In this document: positions 25,201-37,200 of the stretch, piece by piece | Layout of the letters: the number at the start of each line of letters is the position of its first letter | How positions within the stretch are numbered: position 1 is the first letter of the stretch | From: Phoronis australis | Taxonomy: Eukaryota; Animalia; Phoronida | Assembly: GCA_002633005.1 (NCBI GenBank) | Contig: NMRA01000578.1 | Span: 7,298 to 71,297 of the forward strand | Length of the DNA stretch: 64,000 nucleotides | Direction: 5' to 3' | Translations under genes and position numbers: made by a program | Notes under the pieces: model-generated | What the model saw: only the letters and a program-made list of their open reading frames with translations | What the model was told of the DNA's origin: nothing | Databases searched by the model: none

Positions 25201-27772
25201 GCTTGTTGCGAGAGATTTCGCTGTGTTAACCCAGCCAAATGTATGCCCAGTTGATGTGTAGAACGTTATTAACGATTAAAGGTCCTTGGGTGTGTTTTGT
25301 AGAGGCAACATAATCACAAAAACTCAAGGTCAAACAAGTGTGAACTTTATCTATACAGTCATCTGTAGTCTATTAACACACTTGAGTTCAGAATAATAAT
25401 CTTTAGTTTGCACAAAAGTGGGACTGAAATTGGGTAAAATAATTTCGAGTTCAATTTTAAGTTTGGAGTTTAGACCTAGGGCTCTGGTTTAGGGAAACAG
25501 TGAGATCAATATAAATGCATAAATTCTATGTGAAGCATTCATGGTTCTTTGCTGATTTTTTGGGTTGTACCATGTAAACATTTACAGTCAGAACTGTAGG
25601 TCTTACACATGCTGTCTGCCATTACAGAAAGACTACACACATTTCTGCCAGCATCCGAAAGACCCAGGCAGAAGCTGTGACAAATGCCAAAAGTGTTCTT
25701 TGTGGACTAAGTCTGAGGTAAGAAACCGTGCAAGCATGTGTCTGGTGCGAAAGAAACACGCATTCAAATTTAGGCACTGTGTTGACCAGATTTTGTCTCC
25801 CGGGGCACCATTTTCTGGAAAAGTTTTTGGGACTCCTTGACACAGATTTTGAATCTTCCAACTATTGCATTTTTAAAGTGCTTTATTTTTTCTAGAGTGG
25901 GCTTTGGATACTCGCCATAAAGTTTTTTCCTTCTAAATATTTTTGCTGATTAAGGAAAGCTTGATTTGCATGAAACGTACCTGTTCATGTTTACTTAATA
26001 GGTGCATTACCCAAAATTAGCCAGAATGTAGATTACAGCTTCTTACCAATAAAAAAGAACACCAATGGTAAAAAACTGTATGGCGTATTTCACAAAACCT
26101 ACCTTTTAGGAAGTGTTTGCATTTCTGGTATTTTGAGGACATGTCAGAAATAATTTAAGCATTGCGCTCCGTGTCCTTGCAACATAATATGGACATGTTA
26201 TAATTGCTTAACTCGGGCCAACTGATGAATCAAAATTGTGCTGGCAGTCACGCCTTACCACCACGGAGTTATCTACTACAAAGACAATGTCAGTGGAGAC
26301 GAAACTGATCTACGTTTTTTTAACAGTGTTTGACCGGACAACAAATGTTGAGAATTTTACTCAACATAAAAGCAGAATAAGTGCGTCTATATTTTTAAAA
26401 CCTTTTTTACATGACACAATAATCGCGTCGCAATTTAAATTGAACGTGGATTGCGAATCTGCGACAACAAAGTTCAGTGTCAGCGATAGGGGTTCTAGTG
26501 TACCAGGCCTTTAAGAATCAGTTGCTATCATTGCTTTCATCACCATGGCACCCACGTTGTCACTGACGCTGCAAATGTTTGGGAACTGCATGGCCGGCGC
26601 ATTGTAAAAACGCCAGCCCTAACTGTTTTTAGGTGGGTTAAACATCTGACTGTATTATAGTATTATAATCCACTATTTTCAGTTTTGACTGAAATGCAGT
26701 TGGCGGTGAGACCCCATCACTAGTCTTGGAATGTACTGAGACTCGGACGAAATAACACCTGAAAGATGCTGCCAAAAAATTGAATGGAAAAAAGGCGGAT
26801 TAAGTGATTAACGAGACCGATAGGTCTTGTGCATTGAAACATAGATTTGAGCACCCTTGGGCCAGTTGACGCTTAGGTGTAATTTTCTAAATAATGAGCC
26901 ATGCATATATCTGTAAAATCTCGCACTGTCAAATTGTGGCTTATTCTTTTTGTAGGAAGACGAGGAGCAAGCTCTGAGAGAAATACGCAAAGAAGCTAGT
27001 GAAGCTAGAAAGGCTGAAGGTAAGTGTTTTTTTAAACATTTAATTTGACTATTTCAACTTAGATTTAGTACTATTCCATTGGAGATAGAAGGCAGTAGAC
27101 ACCCAAAACACAGAGCCAGAAAATAGTTGTTGTTAATCGCGGTGCTGTGGAAGATTAACCTCATTTTGTTTGTGATAGATCGATCTATATATACGATGAT
27201 TTTTGAATAACACTTTATAACGAGACCAAGAATTTGCAGTGACAGAGAACTATCTGTTTTTACGCACCATGTGTTTTTGAAAATCAATTGATGTTCATTT
27301 CTTCAGTTGATAGTTGTACAGTGGCATATTATTAATACACTTGTTTAACATATGTCACAATAATAAATAAATTATAATTAATTCTTTCATTTATATATAA
27401 TAACTGAAGCTTAACGTCTGTGTCCTTTGAGATGTTTGGAGCTACTTCTGAAGGATGTTACTAAAATTTTCATCGTTAATGTTCAAAAATTTAATCTTTG
27501 CATAAAATAAAATTAGATTAAGCTGATGCCTGTAGTTATCAGTTTGTCAGACTGATATAACCTCTAAGGCCTAAGCCCGATTTTCGTGAATCACACTTGG
27601 CAAGGTGGTTACAATTTTCAAATCAGTGTAGTCGTAAGCCTTGAGTCATATTGAAAACTGCACTCCAGAATTGTCATTGATAAGAATTGGTTTTCATGTT
27701 GCAGGTTTCATCGATTATAAGTTAATTGGTGCTCCAGATGAACCACCCAACAAAGTTCAGAAGGTCAAGTGA
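1135..27772 (+). CDS. RNF216: RNF216/TRIAD3-like RBR E3 ubiquitin ligase (5'-partial, 16 exons)
   Basis: Phase-consistent AG/GT exons: 1135-1299, 2800-3078, 6118-6593, 7184-7333, 9015-9143, 9929-10028, 11991-12038, 12953-13080, 14526-14714, 16129-16177, 16723-16822, 23015-23185, 23783-23915, 25628-25717, 26956-27019, 27705-27772(TGA). Translation includes RING1 ([45 protein letters not shown]), IBR ([42 protein letters not shown]) and RING2 ([48 protein letters not shown]), collinear with vertebrate RNF216. The 5' low-complexity exons and the 48-nt exon are less certain. Confidence 0.93.
2800..3078 (+). CDS. RNF216: RNF216-like, Ser/Pro-rich exon
   Basis: atttcag acceptor, open frame to ...NPLFFSDG, G|GTATGG donor; joins in frame to 6118 (G|AC = Asp). 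Confidence 0.7.
3740..4895 (+). mobile_element. Decayed BEL/Pao LTR retrotransposon pol remnant (integrase and C-terminal DUF5641-like region)
   Basis: Frameshifted motifs in order: [93 protein letters not shown]...[16 protein letters not shown]. Confidence 0.85.
6118..6593 (+). CDS. RNF216: RNF216-like exon with SIM-like motifs (VIVISD, IIDLVEE)
   Basis: tttttgcag acceptor and ATT|GTAAGT donor inside ORF 5889-6659. Confidence 0.85.
8620..8823 (-). mobile_element. tRNA-derived SINE
   Basis: Minus strand has A-box-like TGGCCTGGTTGA and B box GGTTCAAGTCC, then a cccttgagcc SINE-core-like tract. 3' boundary approximate. Confidence 0.7.
11425..11678. mobile_element. MITE with CAGGGCTTGGAA TIRs (copy 1)
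   Basis: TIRs CAGGGCTTGGAAT...ATTCCAAGCCCTG; flanks atatag/atacag. Confidence 0.8.
14526..14714 (+). CDS. RNF216: RNF216-like RING1 exon
   Basis: [25 protein letters not shown]...HLFCQDCL; ttttag acceptor, AAG|GTGAGA donor. Confidence 0.95.
16265..16409 (-). mobile_element. tRNA-derived SINE
   Basis: Minus strand gagacagtgTGGCGCAGTGGtt...GGTTCGAGTTC, continuing into non-tRNA sequence; no full acceptor stem. Confidence 0.7.
17431..18393. repeat. 481-bp direct duplication around a single N (17912); probable scaffold-overlap artefact
   Basis: 17431-17911 matches 17913-18393 with 3 substitutions seen; both copies abut the N. Confidence 0.85.
18049..19062 (-). CDS. Class A (rhodopsin-like) GPCR, adenosine/GPR119/MECA-cluster-like orphan, nested antisense in an RNF216 intron
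   Basis: Seven hydrophobic segments with TM1 Asn (ITNGIL), TM2 LGIADL, TM3 DRC, KPLRY, TM4 W..PLFGWN, TM6 WLP and TM7 NPLVY. Acceptor ccttattgtag|G precedes the ATG at 19062. Confidence 0.92.
   Translation of the reverse strand: MHETNQRFSEMNTTVANFNSHPTWITCTFSTLAVAVVITNGILIAVIGRTKSLHTVPNTYVFGLGIADLCVGLFAFPLTQIMDLMDFREYPHLCLAILGVSYLIGSETLVMLSLLAVDRCLSITKPLRYRTMVTRFRANIILLTTTIVMLLWNFSPLFGWNKFSMGIIKAENLTCFPTHIEMPYRLLGSIVIHFCLIVLQITCFSIIAYVAWQHKKKIDRMRSVTLAKSGVPHVNVRAIVVLALLIFTSAAGWLPLMLVNAAYCDWFRSDEIQLDDRLASIETLFIFVGFFTSLINPLVYGFGTPAVKYATLELFRRKKTRRVLQQTNNPDISATAL
19724..19894 (-). promoter_or_regulatory. Putative TATA promoter and first exon of the nested GPCR
   Basis: Minus-strand TATAAA at 19894-19889. 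The exon ends ...ATGAG|GTAGGT at 19724 and would splice in frame to 19063 (ATG AG|G ATG CAT, M-R-M-H). Confidence 0.45.
23015..23185 (+). CDS. RNF216: RNF216-like IBR exon
   Basis: [11 protein letters not shown]...[12 protein letters not shown]...H..IPC; ccag acceptor, GTAAGT donor; phase 2-2. Confidence 0.95.
23783..23915 (+). CDS. RNF216: RNF216-like RING2 (Rcat) exon with catalytic Cys in GCNKM
   Basis: [15 protein letters not shown]...[19 protein letters not shown]; tttcag acceptor, ATT|GTAAGT donor. Confidence 0.95.
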
Positions 27773-29820
27773 AGTGTGCCTTGTTGTACATGTGACATCG
27801 TGCAATGGAAAGTGAAGTTTGTTTAGTCCAAACTTGGAGCTTGTGGCAAAATAGTCCCATACTAAAGTCCTGCAATTTTTGGAATTAACTTTAAACATTA
27901 TCTTAATAGGTTTTCTGTGATTTGACATGTATGAGTTACATTTGATGATGACATGTTTACAAAGTATAAGTCTTGACCCATCCCGGAACTTTGTGGTATA
28001 TTAAGAATGAGACTTGCTTGCTGGGCTGAATATTTACCTATTCTTGGTAACTCGGGGACCTGTTGTCTCCATCGATAGGTTGATGTGTTATACTTTTGAA
28101 CTCAGGTGTATAATGAAATCAAGTCTATTTATGGAACACATATCATGTAGCCAAACTAGTAAGTATTTGATAACTTACTGAAGTTCTATTGTAAAACCAT
28201 GAGGTTCAATTGGTATAACTTTGACTCCGTTTAGAAATATGCTGCTTAGAAATCCATTAAGGGTCAGATGTACATTCAGTCTTAGTTACAATTTGTGTGT
28301 ATGAGTAGGCCTACTCAGTGGTGCAACCACGTAATTATGTAGAGACATATACATCAGAGAAAGGGAAAGATATATGTGAAATGATGAGTGCTGGAGATGA
28401 ATCAAGATCTGTTCTTGAAATAATTGTCTCTTCCCTTCTCTTGTAACTATAGGCAAGTTATTGGTTATTGTGGGTTTAAGATTTGCTTCTTCATTAGTTG
28501 TTTTTCATAGTATTTTGGTTTTGTGCATTAATCTTCAAATTCTTTGTCTATAAACATCAGGTGCTCATTTTCTAACATTGACCTCAAGTTGAATGTTGAT
28601 GAAAACTAGGTGCGTGCGCCAGCGGTAAAATTTCAAGTAAATAACTTTATACTTTTTTGCGAACTAAGCAAAAGACTGGGGTGCTTTTCGTAATGCTCGA
28701 CACTTGCAGCAATAAATTTTAAATCAGAAATACCAAGTTTACTCCCAAAATTGAACATTCCAGCCTTGCCATCCTATTGTTTTATTGGCGACATTTTGGT
28801 AACTTGCAGTAGTAAGATCTGGCGCTTTCTCGCCAAACACTATCCTCCACTCGCGTGATTTTGCTTGAACATGTGGTCACAAAATTCGCAAGAAACTCAC
28901 TGGATGGAAAGCATGCCAAGTCATTTTTGCTCCAGCAGACCTTGAGATTTTAAGATCTGTGAATTTTGGTTGATTGTGCAATATCAAGTGAAATTGGGGC
29001 AATATTTGCTATGGAGGTGCCAATTCACACTTAGTGCATTGTTTTCAGGAATTAAACCTTCGAGATTGTTTGGTATTGTAAGTGGTGAGAGATAGTAAGG
29101 TGTTAACGTTGCGAGTCTTGTGGCAAACCCACCACTTGCAGGCCATGTCTGTGGCTAAAATCAAGCAAGTCTTGTTAACTTTATTTTTTGCAAGTTGTGC
29201 ACCACATCCAGTCTCTAAGGTTTCATCTATGTGTTTAAAAACAGCTTGTACCATGTTAATGTTTTTTTCATTTGTGAGCTGATAAAAATCTCCTTAATAG
29301 TTGTGTTGCAAACTTTATTTTAATATTAAAATTGCAAAATAAAATTGTGTTTTAACTTTTCTGCTAACAGTGTCATTGCCACGCCAAAACGAGATTCTTG
29401 CAGCTGCTATGAACCTGTCTTACTGTCAAACAAGTAACATTTGATTAAGACCATTAGACAAAATTTGTCACAAAACTTCCCATACTCAGATTAGGACTTG
29501 ATTTCCGGGCTTGGAAATAATTTGCTTTTGTTTCTCAAGGCCACTTAACGAAAACTTCCAGTTACTTGTTAAGTACGCAAATGTCACTGTTAGCTGAAGC
29601 ACATGCATCTCCATTGGAAACACCTGGGGAAAATTTTTCTTTCAAAAATGCATCTTTTCAGAAACAAGCATTTGTACACTGAAGGCAGATTATGCTTGCA
29701 CAACTGGGGACACGCATCTGTCTTGAAAAACAATATGTGTTATAATTAATTCATTGCAAATTAACTATCTTTGACACAAGACCATGCAATACAACTTCAA
29801 ATAACATACATGATTATGAA

Positions 29821-29835
29821 AATAAACATTTTATT
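29821..29835. terminator. Back-to-back poly(A) signals (AATAAA on + and on -)
   Basis: AATAAA-cat-TTTATT between the convergent RNF216 and RBBP6 stop codons. Confidence 0.5.
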
Positions 29836-30753
29836 TTCACGACAAAAGTGAAATACATACAATTTGATACACAGTATTGATTTGTGATCTTACATCAAGC
29901 ACAAAATACTATGAAAACCATATTTATTAGCATTACATTTACAACGGTCCTTAGGTAATGAGTGATGAAATTAATCTTATTACAAAATGAAAAATGTCCT
30001 GAATATCATGAACTGGTAGCACCAATAAAAATTCACGTGACGATACAATGGAACTGGATGAAGATCATTTTAAATTGCCCCGTTTTTATCCAGCATTTGC
30101 AATTTTACTCCATCAAAAACTGGCTGGTTGGAATCGATAACTCGAAAATCCTGCATTGGGTGAACTTCAACATGTCAAACCATAGACATAAATGTTTATA
30201 ACACACATAATAAATCCTGAAATATGCTCTTGTGGTGCAAGCTAAGAAAATAGACACCAGACAGGGAACATATTTTGAGAGTGCAGAACAAAATATTTTC
30301 CATCATAAATGGCTATTATTCCAAATCAAGAGTGAATGACTCGACTTATTGGGTCCTGGCATGGTCACTGCACCTCACAGCATAACTTGTCGTCATCAAT
30401 AGGTTAATTAACAGCTAATTAACAGACAGACTAGTGGTCCAGCAACATGCAAAACATGAAAATGGCGTAAAAAAGTGCCTGTTGGATGTGACTCGAAATG
30501 GGTGAATAGAATGTTTTTTTTGAAGAGTTGAGTTTTGAGACCTCCCTATTCTGAAACACAAAGCAAACAACCTTACGTAGTGTTACATCATCCTCTAACA
30601 AACATCAATTATCTTCTCAAACCTCGATGAATCAAAGCATAGCTTATGAAGAAATGGTTACTGCCCATGCAACAAAGCATGATATAAGTATTGAGTACAC
30701 TCATTGTACCTAACAAATAGCACTTAGTCAAACTTAGCATTGTCCAACAAACT

Positions 30754-31287
30754 TCACTTCTTCTCTTTCTTCTTATGCTTCTTCTTATGCTTTTTATGCT
30801 TTTTATGTCGATGTTTCTTATGCTTAGACGACCTTTTCTTTCGCCTTTTCTCGGAGTCAGAAGAATCCTCGCTCGACGACTGCGTACCCTTGTCATTATC
30901 AGAGTCGTCAGAACCAGAATCATTCTTGTCCGAATTCTCACTGTCATCCTCATAATCCGGCTCAAACTTCGACTCGTCGACTACGGACTCCTTACGTTCG
31001 GCGAGTCTTGACGACGGCTTTTTACCATCTTCGGCTGAAGAATCCTGCTTCACGGACGAGTCCGACTTTGAATGCTTGAGCTCACGGCTATGTGAATCGG
31101 ATGTGAGCAGCGTCTCACTCTTTGACTCCAGCTTATGCCTGGGCTCCTTCTCACTTCTAGCCTTGCTCTCTGTGGATTTGTACTTGTCCCGATTTATCCT
31201 CAACTTATGACGAAGGTCCACTTTGCCTATGGATGGTTCGGTGGAGGTTTCCTTTGCCGTAGTCGTGACTGGCGACTTTATGGTAAC
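30754..31287 (-). CDS. RBBP6: RBBP6 terminal coding exon
   Basis: ttttacag acceptor; FEPDYEDD acidic/Ser stretch, then KKHRHKKHKKHKKKHKKKEKK*. Confidence 0.92.
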   Translation of the reverse strand, partial: VTIKSPVTTTAKETSTEPSIGKVDLRHKLRINRDKYKSTESKARSEKEPRHKLESKSETLLTSDSHSRELKHSKSDSSVKQDSSAEDGKKPSSRLAERKESVVDESKFEPDYEDDSENSDKNDSGSDDSDNDKGTQSSSEDSSDSEKRRKKRSSKHKKHRHKKHKKHKKKHKKKEKK

Positions 31288-34200
31288 CTGTAAAAGAACA
31301 ATGGCGGTACAAGTCAACTGTGCACTGAAATAGTATCCAACATCGAGCATGTCCGAGACACTTGTATTCAAATGAAAAAATGAAACATAAAAAGCCAGTT
31401 CACATGCACGTTCATTAGCACACAGGTATTCACACACTAAACTAATACTTGACATGGAGATCTGTTTAACTTCTACATTGCTCTGTAATCCCAATCTGTT
31501 GAAGAGAAATATATAACTGTACACTTTACCCCATCAAACTCATTTTGTATACTAGTGTTTTATTTCAGTCTTCTTAATAACATAATCTAAGCTTGTTTTT
31601 CATATGGATTCCAGCACATTGCACTAGGCCTACACATTCAAAACACGAGCACTTCTTATTACCTGGAATGTTGTCCCTACTGTGCTGGACACTTTTCTCT
31701 CTGGGCTCGCCTCCTTGCCGTTGTCCATGTAGACGCGGCGTGCTGGTTTGTGCACAGCGCTAACCACTGAAGGTACGACTGCTGCCTTTGGCGCCTTGGC
31801 GGCAAACACCTTCTCGGCCCTGTCTATAACAGATCTGTAAACGACAAGAGAAAGGGGGTTTCATTTAGTAACATTGAGTTCTCAAAGTTATATTTTGTAA
31901 ACTGCTACTCCCCTGGACAGCGTTCTCCACAACAGAAAATTCAAACTAGACAAAATTACAAAATTCGTGAGCATGTTCCCAAGTCCCATACCTATGGCTG
32001 TGAGGGATTTGTGTACCGTCTAGGAGTCAATACACTGAACTGATACCAAACATATAAGACGTCTTGCTTTGCTGGAGAAATAACAAACCTCTTAAGTGCT
32101 CAAACTTAACACAGGTGAGCTAAACTCAAGACGGATTAATGTAACACTAGGAAAGGGACGGGCTTAACAATCAGTATGCCACCTATTGGTTCTGCGTTCA
32201 CTTCATTAAGCAAACAACGAGCAGCTTGCAAATTCAGCACAGAACGCTCCATCAAAAATGGGTTGTTGTAACACCAACACTGGCACTTAATATTGCATGC
32301 CAAAAGCCAAAGGAACTGCGACTGATACTGGGCTATGTCTACAGGTAATGTCTGATCTTAATGACACAATGGGACACTTAGACAGTAAACATTCCTTAAA
32401 GCCTAGATATAGCAAGAAATTTTTAACTTAAAATTTAATTCTAATAACATTCTTAGTGACCAAATGTTCAAATCAATTGCTGAGTCTCAACAATGGTTCA
32501 TAAGTGTCTTGGACATCTACCTCTACACAAACGAGCAGCACTCACCTTGGAAGACTCTTCTTCTGTTCCGGCGCAACCTTGGTCTTAGGGGAACCGGCCA
32601 CATTTGTGTCAGAGCCCGACTCGTCACGTTCCCACTTGGACATCTCTGGCGCTGTGATTAACAGCGCATCATCACCAGCACTAGCATCAAGAAGTTCAAA
32701 CTCGTGCTCAGCATCAGTGGAGAACTCATCAATAATCTGTGAAGACGAGCTTTCAGGCTTCGACTGAGCCACCTCGCTACCAGATTCCTCTGCTGACGTT
32801 GCCACAGCCACTGTCGTCGTCCTTCCCGGTGACGGTTTCTCCAGTTCTACGCTTGACGTTGCCTCTGCCTTGACCGGGGCCGTCTCCAGTGTTGGACCTG
32901 AGATGTCTGGTTCTTCCTTCTTCTTCCTTTTCTTCTTTTTCTCAGTTTCTGATTCCCCACTCTTCTTCTTCTTCGTCTTAGTCTTTGACTTCTTCTTACT
33001 GTCATCCTCAGACTTTGGTTTCTTCTTCGTCGGTTCTGAACTCTTATCAGCAGACTTATCCTTGCGCTTTTTCTTGTCACCGGGTTCTTCACCTTTGACC
33101 CCTACCTTTTCACCACTTTCCTTCCGTTCCCCCTCAACTTTCACATCTGCCAAGTTACTCTCCTTCTTCGCTTCTTCTGTCTTACTAGCTTCCTTGTCTG
33201 ACTTTCGTTTTTCGTTCTTCTTGTCTCTCTCCACACTTTCAGCTTTTGATTTAGATTTGTCTTGTTTGGATTTATCGCTGCTGCTCCTCTCCTTTCCTTT
33301 GTCTTTGTCCTTGTCTTTGACCTTATCTTTGTCCTTGTCTTTGTCCTTGTCTTTGTCCTTGTCTTTCTTCTCTTTGCTCCGACTTCTTTTCCTCCTTTCA
33401 TCTTTCTCTTTTGGTTTACTTTCTTTGCTTTGACTCTTGCTGCGGCGTTTCAAGTCTTTGTCCCTGTCAACATGTGGAGGGGTGTGCCGGTCATGCCCAG
33501 GAGATCGTGGGAGTCGCTCACGACTCCTGCGCCTCGAAGGACTGACACCAGGTGGGGGTACCGGCGATGCACGACGGTACCAGCCATCAGGAGGGTAGGG
33601 GAGTGGTGACCGTGATCTTCCACGAGGAGGGTAACCACCATAGTAAGGATAGTCAGGAGGATAACGATGGTCATACCTTTGGTCATCATACCTGTAAGCA
33701 ACAAGAAATCAATGTATTCATCCATGTAAAGAACCGAAAGTCTACATAATCAAACAGGCATCAAGAATACGGCTGTTAGCAAAAGTTTGGGTAATGAAGA
33801 TTGATGAATGAAAAATTGTTGGCAGAACATCTGCAAATGACATTCAACAAATTAACTTGTTCACTAGGCATTTCATTTCTATATGCTCAAGTTACTATGG
33901 ACACACTATAATATCTACGAGAAACATAGGCAGCAAATTCTCTAATGGCAATATTGAAACCGCAACTGAACTCACAACATGTACAATTGAAGCTAATGCA
34001 GAGTAATACAGATCTCAGCACTTGCCTGTAGTAATCAGGGGGTGGTGGTCGCCCATAACGTAGATCCTCGTAATCATGAGGACGAGGAGGGTAGAATGGC
34101 ATAGGTGGGGGCGGTGAAGGAAACCTCTCCGGGGGATAGTCCCGGTAGTACATAGGACTCCTGGAGCGTCGGCCCCTGTATGGAGATCTAGGGGAGAAAA

Positions 34201-37200
34201 GAAAAGATCAATTATCATCTGACATGGGGATCGAAGTTATATTTGCGAGGCATAAAATGCAGACAAATATTAGACTATTTTCCAAAAGAAGAGACCATGG
34301 AGACTTGAACTACTTGAGGCTTCCATTCAATCCAGTTCACCATGACATCAAGCACTTAACAATACAGAAACAGTCGTTCACTAAAACTTACGGTAAGTGC
34401 AACCTTTGCCTAACTCTGACAATATTCCCTGATTTCTTTGTTCTAGTTAGTACTGTTTGGCCCTTCAGAGAAGTCACATTTCATTTTACCACAGTCAACA
34501 TTTGCACTTGAAATCAAACTCCATATTATTTTTTGACATTTTCCATTCTAGCTTTGTGCAGACTCAAGTTAAGTGTCTAGTATTGTTCTGGTTTACGTTT
34601 TGCACATGATGACACCAACGTCAAAGCCATAAGATCGAGTATGAAATCGAAATCTCAAGATTTTACTTGAAAACTCATTTTTTACTTGAATTTGAAGCTC
34701 CAATCTTGTGCTTGTCAAGTGTGAACTTCGGACTATAACTTGATCTGCATAAATCATTATGTATTCAGGAACAGAATAACAGACACATAGCTTGTGTTTT
34801 AACAACAGTAGAGAGAAAATATCACAATTTTGAGTTCAGTTTCAAGTACAAACATTAGACCTTGGACAAAATCTCTGCTCATTCAAGTTGCATGCGACTT
34901 AAAACACACTCCACTACTTTAAAAATTTCCACACCAGTGGGAAGCACAATTACAAACAGGTGTCGTCAATACCGTGAATGTAGTCATTGGAATGAACTAT
35001 AGCAACAAAGAGTTCAGTTATACATGTAATTGTCAATGGGATGTTAAGGCGAGAGTACTTGTACAAACACGTGCACGTTTAAATGTGCTATAAAAACTGC
35101 TTTTGCTCTACCACTTACTGCTTGGTTTCAACTTGTTCCTTGAAATTGGAAAATTTTGGGAATGAAATGCGCAAACGGCCTCCTGTTGTAATGAGCCAAG
35201 CATGGTCTGATGCAATAACTAAATATGACTACTTCCAAAGCCCAGAAACCATGTCTAATTTGAAAAAGGAACAAGTTGCCACCAAGTTTGCAATTCCAAA
35301 TGACCTAAATAAGAAGTCAATTTTTGACGGAGAAAGGGTTTCTATCAACTTCACTTTATATTCGTCTGGTAGAAATGCACGTCCATAACATTGTCCTACC
35401 TGGCCCGTCCAGAAAAGGGACTGGGAGATCGTCTGAAGGGGGCAGGTGAACGAGACCTGGTTCGTCGGCGTGGAGGTGGTGGACTTCTAGACATAGGACG
35501 CCGTCTTAGTGGCGAACGGGACCGAGAGCGTGGACGAGAGCGTGAACGAGAGCGTGAACGGGGCTTTGATACCTTTCGACTTCTCGACCGGGAGCGGGAC
35601 CTAGAGGGCGTCCTGGATCTGGGTCGCTTCGGACGCGACCTTGAACGAGACCGCGATCTTGACCTCGAGTACGAACGTGAGCGAGGGGTGAATGACCTTG
35701 AACGTGACCTAAAAGTTAAAAGAGCACAAAATAAGAACGATTCAAGGAAACATTTTTAAATGATTGCAAACGCGAATTAATTGAAAACAAACAACAAAAC
35801 CTTTAAACAAAATACAACTCCAATTAACTTTCGTAACAGCCAATTTACCATGTTTCCAATATTTCTGATTCTGGGTCACACGACCTGTAATTAACACAAC
35901 AATACCTGCCATAAAAAAATAAAAACCACAATGATGAAGACAACTAGAGTATAGTGACACCATTACACGCAAATTCATTCACGCACTAAAAAGGTCCCAC
36001 CTTGATCGTAGTCTTTTCTTCTGCTGGGTTTTGTACTCAGCAAGCTCTCTCTCAAAGTCATCCATAGGATCAAAAGGCTTCTTCTTTCTGGAACAAAAAC
36101 AGAATTTTTCTTAAAAAGATCGGAAAACAAACTTGCAAAAACTAGAATTCCGTTCAGAATTTATTAACTTGCATTTAATAAGCTCAAGAACAGGCAAGAA
36201 CGAATCTCACAGAATGGCGTGTTTGGTAGAGAAGGGGCTAAGTTGCCAAAAGGCGTGCTTGGCAATGAAAGGCTGTGAAAGAAGTAACTGAGTGCAGCAT
36301 TGTGGGTTAACACTACAGCAACAAACTAATAGGGGACTATTTCCTTCCCTCCATATTACCACGGCCCTTTTTTGACATGTTTAACTCAAGCACATGCTCT
36401 ATTTACTTTTGCGCTTCAAGCTCCTCTTGCAGTAGACGAGACTTCTCCATATAGAACTCTTCCTTGGTCAACGGCCTGCCCGAAGGACCCATTGCTGGGG
36501 GTGCCAACCCGGTCCTTATGGGGGTGCCCAAGGCAGGGTGTGGCTGGCCTGCAACATTACATATACAGACATGACCCTCGGTCACAAAACTGAATGAAGA
36601 ACTAACATTTTGACTACTGATGATTTTGACGGACAGTTCAAATTTACAGTTTATTAAGCAAACAACAAAACAACATGCAAGCTGACACATTCAAAACACA
36701 CATGAATGGCAGCTAACTTTGAGTGAAGCAAAACGAGCAGCGAACAATCAATGTAACAAATTATGAGTGGGTACAACATAGTAGCTACCACACTTCCCGT
36801 TTCAAATTAGGTATAAGGCCGGTCTTAATTTCTGTTTACGCTACAAAAGTTGACACGGATCAGCTGACACGGAACGAGATGTTCCAGTGTGCTAACGGGA
36901 CTGACACGGAGCAAATTGACACCGCAGTGACAACTTTTGTCACCCGTTTGTGAGGTGGGGCAATTAGCGCTCGAACATCTTGCTCCGTGTCAATTATATG
37001 TCTAAACGCGAAACTGGGGCAAGGCGAAAAGGATCATCTCTACTGCGCTTGTGCCATGACCTACACACGGCTTTCTGTCTGCAACTCCCGCTAATTGAAA
37101 ACCTGTGCATGTGCATTCCAATTTCCAGTGTACAATTTCCGTCTTGGCGCAGTTAATGAAATTGCGTGTGAAAACGGCCACTTGACACCGATCAAGTTGC

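Noticed and set aside
32870-33609. Long + strand Phe/Leu/Ser-rich ORFs (also 30740-31011 and 35391-35759)
   Set aside because: Antisense shadows of low-complexity RBBP6 exons.
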